Shown piece by piece: positions 9,919-19,502 of a stretch of 64,000 nucleotides of DNA. The DNA comes from Candidatus Helarchaeota archaeon (GTDB lineage Archaea > Asgardarchaeota > Lokiarchaeia > Helarchaeales > RDOG01). The DNA lies in NCBI GenBank assembly GCA_019058315.1, contig JAHPZH010000001.1, forward strand, positions 695,536 to 759,535, given 5' to 3'. The notes beneath the pieces are model-generated. The model saw nothing but the letters and a program-made list of their open reading frames with translations, did not search any database and was not told the origin of the DNA. The stretch's first letter is position 1, and every line of letters begins with the position of its first letter. Position numbers and translations under genes: made by a program.

Positions 9919-11592
9919 ATGTCTGAAGAAAAAGTCGATTTGAAAAAAAGAAGCAACAGAATATTTGAAGTTATCAAGCAAACACCATTTTATTATGTCC
10001 CTTTAGGGGTCATAAAAGGTTTGGGTTTGGAAGAGAAAGAAATTAATAAAAAACCTTTTATTGGAGTCGTTAATACGTGGAATGAAATAAATCCTGGTCA
10101 TAAACATTTAAATTCTTTAGTCGAAGCTGTAAAATATGGAATCATCGAATCTGGTGGAATACCATTTGAATTTTGCACTGTGGCACCATGTGATGGATGG
10201 AGTGAAGGAAATCCAGGAATGCGCTTCATTTTACCCCACCGTGAAATAATAGTGGATTCAATTGAAGCAATGATTGAAGCACATTCTCTTGATGCTATGG
10301 TTACTGTCTCCAGTTGTGATAAAATCAATCCTGCTATGTTGATGGTTGCTGCAAGATTAGATATTCCAACAATTTGCGTTCCTGGAGGTCCTGGCATACG
10401 AGAAATATTTTTTGAACCTGATTATCGAGGCACTGAAATTCGATACTATGAAGAAATGGAATATAAGATCAAATGTATTACATGTGCTTCATATGGAGCA
10501 TGTGATTTAATGGGAACCGCTAATACTACACAATGCATTATGGAAGCATTTGGGATGACTTTACCAAATGCCGCTACAAGTCCTGCATTTTCACGAGCAA
10601 AGATTGTTATGGCAAAAGAATCTGGAAAAAGAATTATGACTCTACTTAAAGAAGGAATAACTCCTTCTCAAATTATGACTAGAGAATCACTAGAGAATGC
10701 CATCATGGTTAATCTGGCTATTGGCGGCTCGACAAACTCGGCATTACACCTCCCTGCAATTGCTGATGAAATGGGTATTGAATTTGATTTAGATTTATTT
10801 AATGAATATAGTAAAAAAATACCATCAATTGCAAATATATCTCCGGCAGGACAGTATGGTGTCACTGATTTATATAAAGCAGGAGGAATACCTGCAGTTA
10901 TGAGTCGTCTCAAAGATTTTATTCATTTAGATTGCCTCACTGTTTCTGGTAAATTAATTAAAAAAATCATTCGAAAGGTTAAAGTGTTAAATGATGAAGT
11001 AATAAGACCCTTATCTAATCCTGTTTTTCCAGAAGGAGGAACCGTTATTTTAAAAGGTAATTTAGCACCAAAGGGTGCAGTGATAAAACAATCTGCAATT
11101 GAACATAAAGAAATGTTACAATTCGAAGGCCCTGCAGTATGTTTTAATTCTGAAGTTGATGCAATAAATGCTTTAGTAAAAAAAGAAATTCAGAATGGTA
11201 CTGTTGTTGTGATTCGTTATGAAGGTCCAAAAGGTGGTCCTGGATTCCCAGAAATGTTAGCATTTACTGCTACACTTAGTGTTTTAAGGGATATGGATAG
11301 AGTTGCTATAATAACCGATGGACGTTTCTCGGGTGGAACACAAGGCCCTGCAATAGGTCATGTCTGCCCCGAAGCGTATGTAGGAGGTCCAATTGCAGTT
11401 GTTCAAAATGGGGATTTGATTAAAATAGATATACCCAATAGGACCCTCAATGTTGAGATTACAGATGATGAAATTCAAGAACGATTAAAAAAATGGAAAC
11501 CCTTTGAAAAAGATATTAAAAGCAAACTTTTACTAAAATATAGAGCTTTAGTAACTTCAGCTGCAAAAGGTGCTATATTAAAATATGACTGA
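9919..11592 (+). CDS. ilvD: Dihydroxy-acid dehydratase (IlvD/Edd family)
   Basis: KPFIGVVNTWNEINPGH, PCDG, SCDKINP, GTANT, GGSTN, GNLAPKGAVIK, RYEGPKGGPGFPEM, TDGRFSGG, GHVCPEA. Confidence 0.9.
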   Translation: MSEEKVDLKKRSNRIFEVIKQTPFYYVPLGVIKGLGLEEKEINKKPFIGVVNTWNEINPGHKHLNSLVEAVKYGIIESGGIPFEFCTVAPCDGWSEGNPGMRFILPHREIIVDSIEAMIEAHSLDAMVTVSSCDKINPAMLMVAARLDIPTICVPGGPGIREIFFEPDYRGTEIRYYEEMEYKIKCITCASYGACDLMGTANTTQCIMEAFGMTLPNAATSPAFSRAKIVMAKESGKRIMTLLKEGITPSQIMTRESLENAIMVNLAIGGSTNSALHLPAIADEMGIEFDLDLFNEYSKKIPSIANISPAGQYGVTDLYKAGGIPAVMSRLKDFIHLDCLTVSGKLIKKIIRKVKVLNDEVIRPLSNPVFPEGGTVILKGNLAPKGAVIKQSAIEHKEMLQFEGPAVCFNSEVDAINALVKKEIQNGTVVVIRYEGPKGGPGFPEMLAFTATLSVLRDMDRVAIITDGRFSGGTQGPAIGHVCPEAYVGGPIAVVQNGDLIKIDIPNRTLNVEITDDEIQERLKKWKPFEKDIKSKLLLKYRALVTSAAKGAILKYD

Positions 11593-11603
11593 TAATTTTT
11601 AAC

Positions 11604-11610
11604 GGGAGGA
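11604..11610 (+). promoter_or_regulatory. Shine-Dalgarno-like ribosome binding site (GGGAGGA) 6 nt before ATT 11617
   Basis: Direct sequence aacGGGAGGAataagcATTaacgaatat. Confidence 0.6.
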
Positions 11611-11616
11611 ATAAGC

Positions 11617-13161
11617 ATTAACGAATATGATGTAATTATCATAGGTTCTGGATTAGGTGGTCTATCTTGTGCAGCAATTCTTGCAAAAAATGGATACAAA
11701 GTTGCAGTATTTGAAAGACATCATACACCTGGTGGATATTGCACTAATTTTAAAAGAAAAGAATTTGAATTTGATGCATCAATTCACCAAATAGCTGGTT
11801 GCGAACGAGGAGGGCTTCTTCATAATGTTCTCGTGGAAGCGGGTGCAGAAGACTATGTGGAATTTATTAAATTAGATCCTGCTTTCAAAATAATCTCAAA
11901 TAATTATGAATTTGTAGTTCCTCAAGAAAAAGAAGAATATATTAAACGATTATGTGAGAAATTTCCCGAAGAAGCAAAAGGAATTAGAAAATATTTTGCT
12001 CTCAATAAAAAATTCTTTGATTTTGCGAAGAAATGGTACGAGATATATGGTCTCAAAAAAGCATTATATGCATTAAGACATATGGGTACCGCATTATCTA
12101 CTTTATTTCATTTAAAAAATACACTTCAAGATATTTTAGATAAATATATTAAAAACCCAGATTTAAAAGAGATACTATCTCAGTTATGGGGGTTTTTAGG
12201 ACTTCCACCAAGTGAACTTTCCTATGTTTACTACACTATTGGTATTTCCGCTTATATGGAAGAGGGGACTTTTTATCCACGAGGTGGATCACAGAAAATA
12301 TCAGATGCATTTGTAAAAGCAATGAAAGAAAATGGAGGAGAACTTTTTCTAAAAAGCGAAGTAGAAGAAATTTTAATTGAAAAAAAAACCGTTAAAGGTA
12401 TAAAATTAACAAATGGCGAAATTTATAAAGCCCCAGTCGTAGTCAGTAATGCAGACGGTGTTGTAACGTTTAATAAATTAATAAAAAGAAAATATCTTCC
12501 TAAAAAATATTTAAAAAGAATTAATAATATGGTTCCATCAATATCCGCTATCAGTGCTTACCTAGGGCTTGATATTGATTTGAAAAATTTCGGTATTAAA
12601 GATTTTGATATAATGGTGAATAAAAATCTAAATCCGGAAAATTATTATAATGAAATAATGGATGGGGTAAAATCAAAATCGTTTGTAGTGTCAGTTTATA
12701 GTAATGTTGATGAAAGTTTTGCACCTCCTGGTAAAAGTGTAGTAACAGTTTTAAACCTTGCATCATGGGGGGATAAAAAAGAAAATCGCTGGAAACTAGA
12801 AACAGATGGGACTAGAGGTGAAATCTATAAAAAAAATAAGGCAGACTGGTTAGAATGGCTAGTGTCCAGAGCTGAAACTCTTATTCCCGAACTTAGGAAC
12901 CATATTGAAGTCGCTGAGGTTGCCACTCCAGTCACCTATCATAGATATACACTGAATCAAGGTGGTGCATTAGTTGGTTGGGCGTCTAGTAGGGAGCAGA
13001 GTATCTTTAACCGTTTGCCTCAAAAAACACCCATTAAAGGGCTCTATCTTGCTAGTGCATGGGCGTTCCCTGGCGGTGGGGTGAATGGCGTTACATTGGG
13101 TGGGAAATGGCTTGCTAGAAAAATTCGTAAAAAATATAAAATTAAGGAAAAAATCAATTAG
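11617..13161 (+). CDS. Phytoene desaturase/CrtI-like FAD-dependent oxidoreductase (probable ATT start)
   Basis: In frame upstream of the called GTG (11833) is INEYDVIIIGSGLGGLSCAAILAKNGYKVAVFERHHTPGGYC, a Rossmann GxGxxG. Also YPRGGSQ, APPGKS, ATPVTYHRYT and TPIKGLYLASAWAFPGGGV. GGGAGGA lies at 11604-11610. Confidence 0.85.
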   Translation: MNEYDVIIIGSGLGGLSCAAILAKNGYKVAVFERHHTPGGYCTNFKRKEFEFDASIHQIAGCERGGLLHNVLVEAGAEDYVEFIKLDPAFKIISNNYEFVVPQEKEEYIKRLCEKFPEEAKGIRKYFALNKKFFDFAKKWYEIYGLKKALYALRHMGTALSTLFHLKNTLQDILDKYIKNPDLKEILSQLWGFLGLPPSELSYVYYTIGISAYMEEGTFYPRGGSQKISDAFVKAMKENGGELFLKSEVEEILIEKKTVKGIKLTNGEIYKAPVVVSNADGVVTFNKLIKRKYLPKKYLKRINNMVPSISAISAYLGLDIDLKNFGIKDFDIMVNKNLNPENYYNEIMDGVKSKSFVVSVYSNVDESFAPPGKSVVTVLNLASWGDKKENRWKLETDGTRGEIYKKNKADWLEWLVSRAETLIPELRNHIEVAEVATPVTYHRYTLNQGGALVGWASSREQSIFNRLPQKTPIKGLYLASAWAFPGGGVNGVTLGGKWLARKIRKKYKIKEKIN

Positions 13162-13201
13162 AATATGATTAAAGGAAAATAAAACAGGTAAAGATTAAAT
13201 A

Positions 13202-14275
13202 ATGATCAATAAAGATTTTCTCAAAGCATTCGATGACGGAAAGGTGTATAAAGGGGGAGTAGCTTATGCAATAATCCGCTGTTATAAAGCTGGAGAATTG
13301 AATATAAGTTCGAAAAAGATAGTTGCCTGTGATCCATTTAGCTCTCTTGAATCAAAACCATTAGATGAAAATATCAAACCTGGAGAATATCCAGTAATTT
13401 TAAGTGTAATTCATTATGATGTTGCTGCTGATGTGGCATTTGCCATGATTAAATTTAGAGGTGGAACCCCCACTAAATGGGTAAATGCTTTGGGATATAA
13501 TAAACAAGGTAAAGAACTTGCAATCCCAGTGGATTCTGCCCATGCTTGTTTTATAGATGCCACTAATGCTGAAAAACTTCATGATTCTTTATATGCAAAA
13601 GGATGGGATCAAAAAGCTTATGATAAATTTCAACAACGAATAGAAGACTCAATGAAAAATAATAATTACCTTTATGCAAATATTACAATATCTGAGGAAA
13701 ACATGGATGAAAATATAATTGCTTTCCCATCTGGCTATGGGGATGGAGGCTATCCTTGTTATTGGGGTTATGATGAGGATGGTCTAAACTGTCTTTTAAT
13801 AGATTTTTTAGTTTTTGATCCTGAAAAATATACTCCTTGGCCTGATAAAAAAGAAATTCCACCAATCCCTGATTATGGTGAATCATTTTTTAATTGGTTA
13901 GTAAAAATAGGTCAGATTTTTAAAGAGCAAATTATAAATAAACAGCCCTTAGAAAAAAAACTAGTTGAATACATAAATGGATTAGTAAATTTTGAAATTC
14001 CAGATGAAATTTTGACTTACTATAAATTTTGCACGCCATGGGAAAAAATTGAGGATCCAAAGAGTGAATGGCAAAAAATTTTCAAACATATAAAAGAAAA
14101 ACATAATTTTGAATCAGTTCCAATATTCATTTTTGATTCAGAAAGCTATATCGTTGCAAAATTAATAAATACAAACAGTTTTGAAGTCTGGAATATGTAT
14201 AAAGATGGTTTTTACTTACGTGCCTTCGACATTCGCACATTTTTTATAAATTTTGTTCTTACCGTTTACTTATAA
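13202..14275 (+). CDS. DUF4241-domain protein with possible SMI1/KNR4-like C-terminal extension
   Basis: IVACDPF, IKPGEYPV, VDSAHACFID and FPSGYGDGGYPCYWGYD are typical of DUF4241. The C-terminal part contains FEIPDEILTYY. Confidence 0.65.
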   Translation: MINKDFLKAFDDGKVYKGGVAYAIIRCYKAGELNISSKKIVACDPFSSLESKPLDENIKPGEYPVILSVIHYDVAADVAFAMIKFRGGTPTKWVNALGYNKQGKELAIPVDSAHACFIDATNAEKLHDSLYAKGWDQKAYDKFQQRIEDSMKNNNYLYANITISEENMDENIIAFPSGYGDGGYPCYWGYDEDGLNCLLIDFLVFDPEKYTPWPDKKEIPPIPDYGESFFNWLVKIGQIFKEQIINKQPLEKKLVEYINGLVNFEIPDEILTYYKFCTPWEKIEDPKSEWQKIFKHIKEKHNFESVPIFIFDSESYIVAKLINTNSFEVWNMYKDGFYLRAFDIRTFFINFVLTVYL

Positions 14276-14288
14276 TCTGTTGAATAAA

Positions 14289-15344
14289 ATGAGTCTTAAT
14301 GAACCTAAATATAATTTGGATAATTTTTTGGCAAATATCCGTGATTGGATTAAACAATTTGAAATAAATGAAAAACCGGGATATTTTTTTTATAAACCCG
14401 TAGATCAAAATAAGTCTAAAACAAAACCTCTAAGTTTATATGGAACAACAGATATGGTTTTTACCCTCTATATAACAAATGAATTAGATAATTATTTTGA
14501 GGGTTTTACAAATGAAAAACGAGAATCTTGGATTGAAGCTATTCAAAGTTTTCAAAAACCTAAAACTGGATGGTTTACACAGGGTTCATGGAATTATTAT
14601 ACTCTTCATTTCAAAGAACATAGTACTGCATATGCAGCAGTTGCTTTAAAATTATTGGATGCAAAACCAAAATATTCCTTAAAAATCTCTGAAACACTAA
14701 AATCAAAACAAGCAGTTGAAAAATGGTTAGAAAAAATGCATTGGGGGCTATTATTTTGGCCAGGATCCCATAGAGGAGGTGGAGTTCCCGCATATTTCTT
14801 GACCACTGGGGAAATACCACATAAGGATTTTTTTAACTGGTATTTTGATTGGCTAGATAAAGAAGCAGATCCTGAAGTAGGTTTTTGGCGAAGAGGGCGG
14901 ATCCATAAAATTAAGAAGGATAGATTAACAAAACACGAATTAGGTGGCTCAATTCATTTTTATTGGATATATGAATTTATGAAACGTCCAATTCCTTATC
15001 CGAAAAAAGTCATAGATTCAACACTGAAGTTGCAAAACGAATTTGGATTATGGGACAAGAAATTGGGTTATTGTATAGATTTGGATGCAGTATTTAGCTT
15101 AAATAGATGCTGTCAGCAAGCTGATGGCTATAGAAAAGATGAAATTGATAAAGCTATTATTAAATTTTTAGATTATACAATTCCAAAATTAAATGATAGA
15201 GATTTTTTATTCACTAATTATGAAGATTCTCATAGGATTACAGGATATTTAGAAACAATAGCCGAAATCCAAAAATTTTATCCTAATCTAATTAAAACTC
15301 CTAAACCATGGATTGAAAGTTTAGATATAGCTCCATGGGTTTAG
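14289..15344 (+). CDS. Hypothetical alpha/alpha-toroid (prenyltransferase/terpene-cyclase-like fold) protein
   Basis: Repeated QW-like motifs (IQSFQKPKTGWF, LDKEADPEVGFW, LKLQNEFGLW) between amphipathic helices. ATG 14289 is preferred over the overlapping TTG. Confidence 0.5.
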   Translation: MSLNEPKYNLDNFLANIRDWIKQFEINEKPGYFFYKPVDQNKSKTKPLSLYGTTDMVFTLYITNELDNYFEGFTNEKRESWIEAIQSFQKPKTGWFTQGSWNYYTLHFKEHSTAYAAVALKLLDAKPKYSLKISETLKSKQAVEKWLEKMHWGLLFWPGSHRGGGVPAYFLTTGEIPHKDFFNWYFDWLDKEADPEVGFWRRGRIHKIKKDRLTKHELGGSIHFYWIYEFMKRPIPYPKKVIDSTLKLQNEFGLWDKKLGYCIDLDAVFSLNRCCQQADGYRKDEIDKAIIKFLDYTIPKLNDRDFLFTNYEDSHRITGYLETIAEIQKFYPNLIKTPKPWIESLDIAPWV

Positions 15345-15400
15345 AAGTGAAAATTTTGACCTCGAATTTTCAAAAATAATAAAGAAAAAGTAAAATGGAT

Positions 15401-15826
15401 TTAGGATTTATCTATACCCAATAATTTTTGTTCTAGAACGTCAGCAAATATTGCTACTTCTTGGATCATTGCACCCAATTCTTTATCAGTACATGAAGGA
15501 GCCAGAGTTCGTGAAACTATATACATTTTCTCTCCCTTTTGGTCGATTTGAGTTTTCGCTAAAATAAGATGTTGATTCAACATGAGTAAAGCCATTAAAG
15601 TTTCTAAACCCTTCTGAACATCAGATTTATCAAGATCACCTATAACGCTAACTACTTCGACAATCTGTCCTTGTTGTTCATGAGAACTTATCTTAGCGAT
15701 GCATCTTTGTTTACGGTCTTTAATTTCTACTTCGAATGCTACAACTTCGCCATAGTCTGTTTTAGCAATTTGATTTTTAAAGCCCAATTCATCTATTACT
15801 TTTTTAATATCATCATTTGTTTTCAT
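15401..15826 (-). CDS. YbjN/CesT-like chaperone-fold protein
   Basis: 141 aa with the pattern VEVVSVIG..ALLMLNQHLILAK..IVSRTL..ELGAMIQEVAIFADVLEQKL. Confidence 0.6.
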   Translation of the reverse strand: MKTNDDIKKVIDELGFKNQIAKTDYGEVVAFEVEIKDRKQRCIAKISSHEQQGQIVEVVSVIGDLDKSDVQKGLETLMALLMLNQHLILAKTQIDQKGEKMYIVSRTLAPSCTDKELGAMIQEVAIFADVLEQKLLGIDKS

Positions 15827-15939
15827 AAATAATGATTTTTATATACTTGTATAAAAAGATAATTACTTTCAATCTAGAAACTCTATTTTTATGAAAATAC
15901 TAAATATTTTTCAATTCTTTAGTAGCTTTTTATTTCAGA

Positions 15940-18438
15940 CTAGATTAAAATAGTTTTAAACTTCCAAGGATCTATTTCAATTTGACTTTCTTTCATAGAT
16001 TTTATTTCTTTATAGTTTAAATCAATTTCTTTTAATTTATTCTTAATTAATGGTCCAACTAATCTAATTTGATATTTGTTATTCGTTGGGTTAAATATTC
16101 TTATGTAAGAATTATTATTTCTTCTCCATAAATTAATTATTGAAACTGAAGGTTGTATTGAAAGAAAAGATTGACTTTTTTGGTTGAATTCAAAATTATT
16201 ATTAAGCTCAACTCCAATTAACCCAAATTGAAATGCATTTATATAATTGGAGATAGAATTTGTATCATCTTCATTAGTAATTACTATGGCAAATTCGAAC
16301 TTTCCTTTACTATTAATTGAATTCCGGAAATTGAAATTATCTCTATTAATCATAAATTTTTGACTATTCTTTTGCATATATAATATCCCAATTCCTTCCC
16401 CTTTCAACCAGAGAAAATCCAAAGTTTGTATATTTGATCTTTTTGTCTCTTCAATACCAAATGGATAATTAATTAAAGATTTTTGAATCTTAACAGCAGG
16501 ATAACAAATTATCTCCCTTAATAAATTGGAATCTAAAGAGAATTCAAGTCTATTTATATCATTATATTGGCAAATTTTGATTTTAAATTTTTGCTCCTTA
16601 ATTCTACCTATTATAATATTCACTTCTTCAATAGTAGACTTGTAATAGTGCTCAATGGATAGATTATAATCAGATTTAGATTTAAATCTTAGTTCACAAA
16701 CCTTTTTATCACGAAATTTAATTTCTATAGTCTTCTTATTCTCCAGAATTCTTATTTTATATAAAAAATTGTTAGTTTTTGTAGTTTTAGAATCCTTTTT
16801 AATCAGTGAATAGACTTTATATCCAAGAGAAGGAATTTCTGGAATGAATTTTAATTTCGAATCTTGATATTGAAAATCTATTTCTTTATCACTTTCCAAA
16901 GTTATTTCAGAAGGATGATCGAGTTTTAATTGAATTGAAAAAATATCTCTTCTAGTAAATGGAGAAGGATTAAATATTATTATATTTTTTAAGATGTTAT
17001 TAGAAATTTTCGGTTTTTCTTCTAAATTCTCGGACAATTTATAAATACTTTTTTGTATAAAACCTTCACACTTATTTATTATTTCATTTTGTATTTTTAA
17101 ACTTAAATCTGAAATTGAAATTTTGTTATTATTTAATTCTAACTTATTAAATTCATACTTATTATATTCTTCAGAACTCAATTGTTGAGCCATATAATCT
17201 CCTGTTCTTATAAAAGGAACAGCGTAATTATCATGAGCTTGAGTAAACAGAAATTTCTTCCATATTTCATCGAAAAATAAATCCTCTGATTTGATATTAA
17301 ATAAATTTAAAATACAATTTAGAATTTCAGCCGAAATAATAGAAGATTCACATTTTTTATTATTGAGAAATAAATCGCTGGGAACAAAGATGTAATCTCC
17401 TAAGGAGAATTGATCACGGCTAAACTTGAATTCACCATCTTTATTAATTTTTTCAAGTAATTCAGAACATAATACAAACTCTCCAAAGATATTAGAGTAC
17501 TTAGAAATTCTCCAGACTTCTTCTTGATAAGCTTGTGGCATAATAAAATCTTCAATGGACGAGTAAACAATATATTTCATAAAAGGACGTGCAACAGCTT
17601 GAAATAATAAATTAGAAATCTCTCTGAAAAATGTCCCATGCCAATATTCCCCATTAAAAACACTAGTCTGATCAGTAATTGCATCAATTTTAGTACCATC
17701 TAAACCAATCCAGTCTATATACCCTGAATTTGTAGTCGGAGTCTGTCCTAATAAGCGAGTTCTAAGAGAACTAAACTGAATATCAAAACCTTTGAGAATT
17801 TGAGGAATTTGTGGATGAAGTGCACTCTCTGAACAGTAATAATTGTTACATTTAATTCCTAATTCTTTTAATACTTTTAAACCATATTCAAATTGTTTAA
17901 TATTTGATTCAGCACTGATAATTAAATTATAAGGTTGAGTGTAAGACGGATTTATTATTTCGAGTCTACCAAGTTTTATTAATTCTAAAAATTTTGAGAT
18001 TTTCTCTGGAAATCTTTTTTTTAACCATTCTAGACAAGAAATGGCAATTTCTAAATTATACGGCATTTTGGTTTCAATTGCCAGATTCATTTTTTCTAAT
18101 AAACGATCTATGGCATAATTAGGTGAATCAAATTCGCAAAATCCCATATCGTCAATAATAACGCCACCATGCCCCCCTACGATAAAAAATATCTTTGGAT
18201 GAAATTCTCGTCTTACAATAAATCTAATTTTTTTAAGAATATCATAAAAAGACTGTTCCTTTGATTTTTTATCTAAATTTTTTAATGTTTTTAGTTGATT
18301 TATCTTTTCTCTTATCCTATCATAATTGATTTTATATTTTTTTATGGGATTTTTATCAGTAAATTTCTTAAGTAATTCAAGTATCTTAACTAAAGCTATT
18401 AGATCTTGTTCCATATTATTTTCCGCCGTTAATTTCAT
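15940..18438 (-). CDS. Divergent glycoside hydrolase family 38 (alpha-mannosidase)-like protein
   Basis: GRLEIINPSYTQP, ESNIKQFEYG, PQIPQIL, WIGLDGTKI, TQAHD, IFNPSPFTR, IPSLGYKVY and C-terminal IRIFNP..PWKFKT. Confidence 0.6.
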   Translation of the reverse strand: MKLTAENNMEQDLIALVKILELLKKFTDKNPIKKYKINYDRIREKINQLKTLKNLDKKSKEQSFYDILKKIRFIVRREFHPKIFFIVGGHGGVIIDDMGFCEFDSPNYAIDRLLEKMNLAIETKMPYNLEIAISCLEWLKKRFPEKISKFLELIKLGRLEIINPSYTQPYNLIISAESNIKQFEYGLKVLKELGIKCNNYYCSESALHPQIPQILKGFDIQFSSLRTRLLGQTPTTNSGYIDWIGLDGTKIDAITDQTSVFNGEYWHGTFFREISNLLFQAVARPFMKYIVYSSIEDFIMPQAYQEEVWRISKYSNIFGEFVLCSELLEKINKDGEFKFSRDQFSLGDYIFVPSDLFLNNKKCESSIISAEILNCILNLFNIKSEDLFFDEIWKKFLFTQAHDNYAVPFIRTGDYMAQQLSSEEYNKYEFNKLELNNNKISISDLSLKIQNEIINKCEGFIQKSIYKLSENLEEKPKISNNILKNIIIFNPSPFTRRDIFSIQLKLDHPSEITLESDKEIDFQYQDSKLKFIPEIPSLGYKVYSLIKKDSKTTKTNNFLYKIRILENKKTIEIKFRDKKVCELRFKSKSDYNLSIEHYYKSTIEEVNIIIGRIKEQKFKIKICQYNDINRLEFSLDSNLLREIICYPAVKIQKSLINYPFGIEETKRSNIQTLDFLWLKGEGIGILYMQKNSQKFMINRDNFNFRNSINSKGKFEFAIVITNEDDTNSISNYINAFQFGLIGVELNNNFEFNQKSQSFLSIQPSVSIINLWRRNNNSYIRIFNPTNNKYQIRLVGPLIKNKLKEIDLNYKEIKSMKESQIEIDPWKFKTILI

Positions 18439-18490
18439 TAGAATTTATTTAATAATTTTTATAATTATATCTATCACATTGTATTTCAAG

Positions 18491-19381
18491 ATGATAGATA
18501 CAAAATTAAGCAAAAAGACAAAGAAGAAGATTTTAGGTTTTCAAAGGGATGAAATTTCGGAACATCATATTTATAAAAAACTAGCTGCAAGAACTAAAGA
18601 CCTTAAAAACAAAGAAATTTTAAAAAAAATTTCAAATGAGGAGAGAGAGCATTATCAAACTTGGAAAACCTATACAAATATGGATGTAAAACCTAGTAGA
18701 TTCAAAATATGGAAGTTTTACTTAATCTCAATAATATTTGGGATAACATTTGGAATAAAATTAATGGAAGGGGGAGAAGAAGGAGCACAAAAATCATATG
18801 GAGAAATTCTCAAATTAATACCAGAAAGACCAGAAATTGAGCGGGTTATAAGGGAAGAGCAAGAACATGAAAGCCAGTTAATAGAATTAATTGATGAAGA
18901 AAGGCTCAAATATGTTAGTTCTATGGTTTTAGGCCTAAATGACGCACTTGTAGAACTAACCGGAGCACTTGCAGGTTTTACTCTTACATTTCAGAATAAT
19001 CTTGTAGTTGCAATAGCGGGATTAGTAATGGGAATAGCTGCCGCTCTTTCAATGGCAGCTTCAGAGTATCTATCAACAAAATCGGAAGAAAGTGAGAAAA
19101 GTCCAGCTAAGGCATCCCTATATACTGGATTTGCATATATCCTTGTAGTTTTCCTACTCACTATTCCTTATTTCTTTATTATGGATGTTTATATCTGCTT
19201 AGTGCTAACTGTTAGTAGTGCAATTCTCGTAATCTTAATATTTACTTATTACATTTCTGTTGCAAAAGATTTAGATTTTAAAAGAAGATTTCTGGAAATG
19301 GCTCTAATTAGTCTTGGAATTGCTGTAATCTCATATTTAGTAGGGTTTATATTAAGAATTTTCTTCCATATTGAAGTTTAA
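18491..19381 (+). CDS. VIT1/CCC1 iron/manganese transporter with N-terminal rubrerythrin/ferritin-like domain
   Basis: EISEHHIY, EEREHY and EEQEHE (ExxH) motifs, then VLGLNDALVELTGALAG and ALSMAASEYLS. The start was moved to ATG 18491 to avoid overlap with the divergent gene. Confidence 0.85.
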   Translation: MIDTKLSKKTKKKILGFQRDEISEHHIYKKLAARTKDLKNKEILKKISNEEREHYQTWKTYTNMDVKPSRFKIWKFYLISIIFGITFGIKLMEGGEEGAQKSYGEILKLIPERPEIERVIREEQEHESQLIELIDEERLKYVSSMVLGLNDALVELTGALAGFTLTFQNNLVVAIAGLVMGIAAALSMAASEYLSTKSEESEKSPAKASLYTGFAYILVVFLLTIPYFFIMDVYICLVLTVSSAILVILIFTYYISVAKDLDFKRRFLEMALISLGIAVISYLVGFILRIFFHIEV

Positions 19382-19502
19382 TAATTCAAAAAATTCAAAA
19401 GCTTAAACTTTTTTTACTAAAATTCTTTAATCTGTATATTAATAAAAATAAAGTTAAAATAAATTAATTAACGCTTAACAAATCTAGGACCGAAATTAAA
19501 AG

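Noticed and set aside
11590-11595. Selenocysteine or read-through fusion of ilvD with the in-frame CrtI-like gene
   Set aside because: TGA is immediately followed by TAA, IlvD ends at its normal C-terminus, and the downstream gene has its own RBS.
18326-18490. N-terminal extension of the VIT1 ORF
   Set aside because: It overlaps the divergent GH38-like gene and is low-complexity; ATG 18491 gives a normal N-terminus.
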